A stretch of 64,000 nucleotides of DNA from the NCBI RefSeq assembly GCF_000981445.1, contig NC_027217.1:1860001-1924000 (forward strand), given 5' to 3'. The notes under the pieces were generated by a model. That model saw only the letters and a program-made list of their open reading frames with translations. It was not told the DNA's origin and did not search any database. This document shows, piece by piece, positions 57,145-64,000 of the stretch; positions within the stretch are counted from its first letter, which is position 1, and the number at the start of each line of letters is the position of its first letter. This DNA is from Babesia bigemina. Its lineage: Eukaryota. Position numbers and translations under genes: made by a program.

Positions 57145-58260
57145 CTAAGCGAAAATCGATCCGAACCCAGGGTCGCCGTAAATACGGCAGATGTTAGTAA
57201 CGACCTTCACCACCTGCCACACAGATGTGGTGGCTTGGAACAGGCCGCTGAAAACGGGGTACGGGATGCGGCACGTGTACGGGAAGTTCTGCAGAAAGCA
57301 GATCCGCACGGGGCCCGTGAACAGGCACCCGCACAGCACCGCCATCATGGTAGCCAGCACGTGCACCATAATCACGAATATCTCGTACGCGAGGTGCGAA
57401 CCGCCACGTATAGCGCTGCACAAGTTTACCAGCATCTCCAGGCGGTCGCAGCCGGCTTGCGTGGAACACGGGGTGTCAGTGTAGATCGACTCCTGCTTCG
57501 ACAGCTCGCGAATCTGGCTAAAACGGGTCAAATGCGGCTTCACGTAGGTGCTGTGCACCTCGTCAAGCTGCAATTTATGGGACGTTAACGATCTGAACCC
57601 ACAGCACGGAATTGCTCCTTTATCAGCACTACAAGCGCACGTGCCTTCCGCCGATCATAATCCGTCTGTAACGCGTTGGTGTATATAAGCGTGTGTATTT
57701 ACCGCGCTGCTGTCATTCTCGGCGTATTCGTGCGGGAAGTGCTCTCCGATGTCGCCCGACACGTGGGACTGCGGCGGTGATGCGATCAGCGACGTAATGA
57801 ACTCACCTCCAGCGCAGCGTCGTCGAGGAACAACGCTTCATCGTCCACATGGCTGCAAGAGCTGCAATGGCGCGACTGGCGTCTTACCGACGATCGAAGT
57901 CAGAGATCATGCGACTGCAACGATATTAAAGGCTGATGACAACACCTACCGAAAGAACTCGACCTCACGCTCTGTGCAGATGAGTCAGGATGAGCACAAA
58001 CCGTTGCTAACGTACCACCATAAGTGTCGCGCAGCAACGACTCGACCTCACGAAGATCTGCGGACAGTATGAGCTGGGCCACGAAAGGCGCACTTACAGT
58101 CTTCACCGAAGATAGAACTCGACAGCGTTCCAACCTTGCCTTCCACGGAAGACGGGTTGTGTGCGATAGTGTCAGCTAATCCGTAGACAGGCCGTAGGGA
58201 AGACGCCAAAAGTGAGCAGAATATTGCGATGTGGAGCAACCGTACAGGGTGTGACGACAT
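57145..58260 (-). CDS. Secreted cysteine-containing apicomplexan protein, tentatively rhoptry neck protein RON12-like, multi-exon
   Basis: Signal peptide MSSHPVRLLHIAIFCSLLASS; last exon 'DTPCSTQAGCDRLEMLVNLC...LCGCLF..CFLQNFPYTCRIPY...ICRIYGDP'. The family name is from memory only. Confidence 0.6.
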
Positions 58261-58473
58261 CGGTACGGACTGCTCAAAGAGTCTACGCTCACACACTCAG
58301 CATGACTGGTGAAACCTATACACACATCATTATATGGGTTATATGCACATCTTGATCGCTGATGTGGAGAATGGCAGCCAGTGCCGAGAAGACACACAAC
58401 ATCACCCAGGTGTGTAGGGCTTCTGGCGACTACAAGAACAAAAATCGTTTACACATTACACACGTGGGTCTGT

Positions 58474-58968
58474 TTAGTTTAGCCTGTCGTTTGCTGCAGC
58501 CGACAGCAACGCCATGTCGTGCTGAATCTTCCAGGGGCGAGTGCCGCTGGGCTTGGACGGGTCGTAGAAGCACGCCGGGTCCTCGCTGTGCGAATTCTTG
58601 TAGAATAACTCAGCAGTGTACATCTCCTTGTCCTTCTACGGCAAAATTAGGCCAACGTTACACATGTAGCACAATAGAGGACGCATATCACCAAGCAATA
58701 GGCCAAGTGGCGACAATAACATGCCCCGAAAACAACACAGAGCAATACGCAAGCCACTGTTATTAACATTATGATGCATTGATAACATAACACAGCCTAC
58801 CTCGCGAATGTACTGGTACATCATCAGCGGAGGGAAGAGGATCCACGACTTCCGGCAAATAACGCCCAGCTTTATCATGCGAGCACGCATCTCCGGACTG
58901 GCGCTACGGTACCGCAGGGCGCGAAAAGGCGCCACAAACACGTAGCTGATGGAGCTGAGCACGCCCAT
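58474..58968 (-). CDS. Small (109 aa) hypothetical protein, possibly mitochondrial membrane; intron 58636-58800
   Basis: MGVLSSISYVFVAPFRALRYR...SWILFPPLMMYQYIRE|KDKEMYTAELFY...WKIQHDMALLSAAANDRLN*; canonical splice sites and GC3 bias. Confidence 0.75.
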
Positions 58969-59237
58969 CCTGCTGCGGTGGTAACGCGAAGCAGACAGCC
59001 GCGCTGCCGAGGTCGCTACAAGGACGGCAATCGACGATTGCGATGGCTTAGCGGTACTAATTATGAAATCAAAGAAATTATACGGTTAAGTAATGCACTG
59101 TACGGCCAAATCGCTACCGCGGTAGCTCGTCCTGTAGGCATCATCGTGGGGGAGAGTAGTCGCCACTGACACTCATATAGTGCCTCAAACAGTGCCTGTT
59201 AAACACGCAGTGCACTGTGAAGAGCAAATGAGTGCCC

Positions 59238-60583
59238 ATGGAGACTTATAGCGGCCACCTCGCCGCCGAGCTGCTCGACGTCGCCGGAAGGTATCTACAC
59301 GCCTGCAACCTCAAAAGTTTCGTGCTACCGCTGCCGTTCTGTGATGAGACGATACTGGACAGGAACTCGCTCATGGTCAAGGTGCTGGGAAACGCCTCAT
59401 GCCTCTCCAAGGAGCAGTTGTTCGACGTTGTACACGCCCTCGCCGGAGATGAACGCAAGCCGCGATACAAATTCGACGAGTTTTCAAAAGCATACGACTC
59501 GGTGAGCGCGACGAATCAACCTGTGAGAATTGCGCGCAAGGCGCAACCACCTCAAAGCGGGATACGGAGCACTTTGAGGCCCTCAACCACCGCCCTGAGC
59601 GAGAAGCTCATGCTGGAGCTTTCATCCATGCATGAGCCGGCCGAAATCGCGCAAAAAATAGATGGGGCGTTTTTCCGAATGTCGCAAAGTGACACCGTGG
59701 GATTTATTCTTATTATCGCAGCAGAAAGGATTACCAACAATGCAGCCGACGAAGGTTAGTGTGGTTCAAATCGATATATGTAACTAACGATGTGCATCTA
59801 GAGCAAGTGTCTATAACCGCATTAAGCAATGTAATAACGTGTTTGTTGTGTTTCATATAAGCGATACAATGCGTCTGTTGTGCCGTATGTCTGCCAAGAA
59901 AGTCCGCAGCGGCATTTTATACGTGACGCTTGGTGGACAAATATATGGGGCCTGTTGGCCTGTCAGACAATTTTACAAAAATAATAAAGGGTTCTAGTTT
60001 TCAAATCAAAGTGTTGCAGCGTGTGTTCTATGAGATTAACCGAGCTTATAGGCAAAAGGTCACATCACACGCAGACGACGGCCAATTTCTGCCACTGGCA
60101 GGCGCCCTTGTGGAATTACTGGACGCAGAAGAGCATTGCATAAGGTCTCTTTGGTGCAATCCGAAGCTTTCCAAAAAGGAAGAACCAGAGTTTGAAAAAA
60201 TACTCGTAATCAGGTTGCTGGGGCACCTATTCGATTACGGGTTCCCGGGGGCGCCCGTAAACAACAAACTCAAGCATGCATCGGTGCTAAATGTACACGG
60301 AATACTCTTCCCGAGCGCTGCCTACACTTTCCTCATCAACGGACTCAAGTTTGGCAAACACTTCGAAACGCAGCAGAACGGAGGGTCGCACGAGGATTCA
60401 AACTCGAACTTCTGCAGGTGTCACCGATTGGCGGAGTCATCTGATGCCGAACTCTTCTGGGGGATCTCGGAGTCGAGGCTCAGAACGACGTTTTACAACG
60501 TGAAAGCCAGCATACCGGTCAAACCGTCGGAATACACATTGTCGATGCTCCAAAAAATACTAAAACGGAGTAAGCGTACCTGA
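59238..60583 (+). CDS. Hypothetical protein, multi-exon (middle exon boundaries uncertain)
   Basis: Two ORFs of 175 and 217 aa, with a donor at 59755 and plausible short introns between them. Confidence 0.6.
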
Positions 60584-61113
60584 GGATTGCGCTACAATAA
60601 ACTATTGTAAATGTGGTAATAACATGCTGTACCATCCGACGTTGTTTTGTTACGGTTCCATGCCGAGAAGTCACTTGCATCAGCATAGTTTTGGAACTAA
60701 AGGCACACGGCATCGCCATTGCAGTGTTGTTTGACATGTATGATTCTATATGTGCTCAGTGCACCTGCAAAATCTTATGAAAACGATGGGCTGGTGATTC
60801 TAGGAGTAAATGGCAAAAACATTGCTACACGGCATTCATGCGGTGCAAATGTGGAAACACGGCATGGTTACGGACTGCGCATAACAACTCAAGCACAAGG
60901 TCAAACTACATTAACCGCTAGTTTTCTAGCCAGGAAGCATTAGTAGGGGTGAGAGGAACTAGGTTTCGAATCATTAGCAAAGCCATTCCTGATTCCAAGC
61001 TCAAACTCCGGCCTCGACAGGGGTATATGACAGACGGCGTCAACTAATGTGACGATGAAACTCCCTACAAGCAACACGGTCCAGTGCATTTGAAGCAGAA
61101 CTTACGTTTGAAC

Positions 61114-61359
61114 TCACTTTGGTGACAATGTAGGCTGACCCGGGTCATAAAAGTTGATGGAGTTGGTAGCGGTAAAGCTGCTGGACGATCCTGTGAGATA
61201 ACTGTACATATCACGCAATTTGTTAATTAGATGCGGATGCGTCTGGATAGCGATATGCGCGCAAGCTACCACCAACAGGAAGGTGCCAACTATGGCTGCC
61301 ACAGCATATCCTACGTATGTTAGGATTTGCATCGTTTGACCTTCACTGCTGTTACTCAT
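61114..61359 (-). CDS. Small single-TM hypothetical protein (81 aa)
   Basis: ATG in aaaATG context; one clear hydrophobic segment ILTYVGYAVAAIVGTFLLVVACAHIAI. Confidence 0.5.
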   Translation of the reverse strand: MSNSSEGQTMQILTYVGYAVAAIVGTFLLVVACAHIAIQTHPHLINKLRDMYSYLTGSSSSFTATNSINFYDPGQPTLSPK

Positions 61360-62164
61360 TTTGACCTCAAATACACAGCGATTACAAGTTACCTGAAATG
61401 TACAACACTCCTGGCCAACTGACTACGTACGTTCGGTAGATCCGTACATGCAATCGACCGTTAGACTTATTGCTTGGACATGAGTGGACCACGATCTCCC
61501 AATGCTTACGTACCATGAAGCTGCGAAACAGAAGCATGCATTGATTAGACGCATTGTGAACTTTAAGATTTTTAATAAGACACTGACCTAGGGATAATCC
61601 ATGACCGCAGTTTCAACTACACTGACCCTAAGCCGCCTGCAATTCACGTGCCACGCCGTCGCTACGCTCACGAGTGCGTATCAGTGACACTTCGGAACTA
61701 CAATGTCAACCATCACCGCGACTTTTATCGCCTAAACGCTGCACGAGGCTGTGCACTGCTACTCACTTCGGAAAATGCAGAGCCATCACCTAGCAGGCCT
61801 CGCAGTTCAAGGAGCACGATTCTACAGATATCTAAACCATCCACAAAATCACCAAGAATGAGTCCGTTCCCATAAAATACGACTCTATAGCTCTCCTAGA
61901 GTGGCTTCCTCAGGGTTTCACATAGTGTTGGGCGGTTTGTGGCTCTTTAAGCTCAGTGTTCAACTGTCAGTATAATGACGGCATTGACTCTCACAGCTTA
62001 ACTGACGAACCACAAAAGTATTATGATGAAGCATTTAGCGTATGTGAAATAATCATAACATGGGTTCTGCTAAGTCCAATTTTTAATTGGGCTATTTGAA
62101 GATACAAAACCTTGCATTGGAAGACGGAGTACCACTTTATGTATATCTACTCAATAATCCTCAC

Positions 62165-62205
62165 AGACGATGTTATCTTTCAAGGCGATGGGGATCCCGT
62201 GCAAC
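62165..62205 (-). pseudogene. Amidase-signature (GatA-like) gene fragment/micro-exon
   Basis: 62204-62169 encodes LHGIPIALKDNI, flanked by a ttttctAG acceptor and a GTGAGG donor; flanking frames contain stops and I found no intact remainder. Confidence 0.6.
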
Positions 62206-62971
62206 CTAGAAAATACGGCACGTAGTTTATTAACCAGCGCAACTGGTTTGTAAGTCAACGGACCGGAAAATGATAATAGTGAATAGATGTACAAATATGG
62301 TATCAACACAGTCGCCCGTGACACTCACTGATGGAGGGTGGTCAGGTGCACCTTTGACTCCGACAACTGCTGCCTGATCCAGCTTTATGGGGCAAAACAA
62401 TGGAACTACCCATAAGACCTATAAACGGAAAAATCACTTCAATAATCGACGCCGTCATGATCGATCAGCTGGTTCAGATAAGAGCACCCATGTTCACGAA
62501 CTTTGCTATTATCAAAGATTGAGTTGCTGAGTTGTACAATGTACATTTGTTTATACATATTGTAATCAACTGCCGTTCCGCTTTTCAGTAACTGCTGTGC
62601 TGCTAAGCTACGCCGACTCATCGCAGCTCGTCAATTCTCCTGAAAAGATGTAGAGCCGTTTACGCCGTTATTTCTCAACTGTGAGTCTTCTTGCAACCTC
62701 TGTTAAGGGTACGAAAATGAAGGCGTGGTACGAGACAACAGCACTCCAATTTTCGTTCTTGATGCGATTATAGGTAGACTTAGAAATGTATTTGGCCTCC
62801 ACTGACTAACTCGATCTGGTTATCTATGCTTCTATGTAATGTATTGGAGTTTGCTGCATTTGGAAATTTTAAAACGTTTTATGGGCACTACCAATACGGC
62901 TGCTCGCTTGGTTCACGGACGCAAAACCTTCTGTTATACATATAAATCTGCAGCTAACCTATTATATTTGT

Positions 62972-63712
62972 TCAATACAGCCCCCAGAATCCAGAGAAGT
63001 CGTAGATTACGGCCAACATTGGTACATCCAGACCTCTCAACGCCTTGCGGATGTCGAGAGAAGTTAAGTCGCTACGGCATTGCGGCACTGTGTAACCCAC
63101 GGCTTTCATCACTTTCGCCAAGTGTATTTCCTCCTTTGAACCCGGTCCTGCTTCTACTGCAGCTTTGGCTGCTTCCTTCAAAGAACGTAAGCCAACGTAT
63201 AGGATCGGCGCGATTCCCACGAGGACCACCGCGCAAGCTTCCGGATATTCGTCACATGATTCTTCCCATGTCACATCTGAGGCGTAAGCAGACCTATACT
63301 TCTCGTGGTCTTTTATATCATCCAAGAACATATCGCAAACATACAGCGCTTTGCAGGCGCTCCTTGCCAGGGTCCTGGGGCCGACACCCCTGGCCGATCC
63401 GACATGCACCTTTAGGCTTTGAGGGTCGTTGCCGGTAGTATTACTCGAGGGCTTATTGATCCGATCCAACACACTTCTAACGAACTTCTGGTTCCTGATC
63501 TCTTTTCGCTCCAAGAAGTCCTTGGTTATCTGCTTTATAACCTCAAGAGCCGGTAACATCTTCACTGCAGCAGGCTGGCGTTCGTACATACGGGTAAGAC
63601 CCAGGCCCATAGACCACCAGGTTCTAGAATCCTCATTGACCTTCGTGGCGAGCAGCCAGTCAATGGCCTCCTTTAGGTCCCGAGGAACCATAGTCAACGA
63701 ATCGAACGGCAT
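62972..63712 (-). CDS. Babesia multigene-family protein related to the VESA1 N-terminal domain (short form)
   Basis: 'FDSLTMVPRDLKEAIDWL', 'Y.SAY....W...C...PEACAVVLVGIAP.LY.GL', 'MKAVGY', C-terminal 'IYDFSGFWGLY'; sits in an AT-richer, gene-poor flank. Confidence 0.85.
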   Translation of the reverse strand: MPFDSLTMVPRDLKEAIDWLLATKVNEDSRTWWSMGLGLTRMYERQPAAVKMLPALEVIKQITKDFLERKEIRNQKFVRSVLDRINKPSSNTTGNDPQSLKVHVGSARGVGPRTLARSACKALYVCDMFLDDIKDHEKYRSAYASDVTWEESCDEYPEACAVVLVGIAPILYVGLRSLKEAAKAAVEAGPGSKEEIHLAKVMKAVGYTVPQCRSDLTSLDIRKALRGLDVPMLAVIYDFSGFWGLY

Positions 63713-64000
63713 TGTGTAAAATGTGTTATATTTTGCAAACTCTATACGTGTATGGTATGTTTAGTATAATTAAAAGCCGCTTCTAAATCAGCCTGCGTAT
63801 TTAAACAGCAGCGTGAACGCCAACTACGTCGTAATGCCGGATGAGGACGACACAAGTGCCGTTGCCTTCCAATATATAAGCGCCTTATTGAAATATACAA
63901 ATGCGTCTGTAAATTAAAAAATTATATTCTGGAGTCGCGATGATGGTGAAGGCAACATATCGCGGCAAACTCCACACAATAAGCCTGGCATAGAGTATGC

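Noticed and set aside
61880..61930. Possible decayed amidase 'PGGS' motif (CCC TGA GGA AGC, minus strand)
   Set aside because: Too short and degenerate to support by eye.
1..64000. CRISPR arrays, transposons, rRNA, telomeric repeats, prokaryotic operons
   Set aside because: None seen; the sequence is intron-containing eukaryotic DNA with no repeat-spacer arrays or transposase/RT motifs.

Overview
Gene-dense eukaryotic genomic DNA from a piroplasm, almost certainly Babesia sensu stricto. Support: short GT-AG introns mostly 33-47 nt, tandem CRMP genes, bipartite-leader (apicoplast-type) proteins, and a terminal gene with the VESA1-type 'SLT..P.DLKEAIDW' N-terminal motif. Gene order: two tandem cysteine-repeat modular protein (CRMP) genes, tRNA-Trp, U2A', a secreted hypothetical, CBP80, a large hypothetical, a membrane hypothetical, a divergent mitochondrial bL27-like gene, a helical-repeat hypothetical, then four tightly packed minus-strand genes (UFC1, TBP-like, organellar RF1, GCN2-like) headed by tRNA-Thr. 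After that come a degenerate Ski2-like protein, SPC12, an Arg/Asp-rich protein, an RRM gene largely missed by the ORF track, TTC27, uS15m, RPL9, a RON12-like secreted protein, small hypotheticals, and an AT-richer accessory end holding an amidase/GatA fragment and a VESA-related gene. Most notable observations: (1) a full-architecture GCN2 whose only kinase domain has lost essentially all catalytic residues, preceded by two AUGA-chained uORFs; (2) TBP-like and UFC1 ORFs in frame and 12 nt apart; (3) candidate regulated-splicing elements in the RRM and U2A' genes; (4) a hidden amidase-signature micro-exon. Family assignments come from motif recognition by eye, not database searches, and exon structures are manual predictions.
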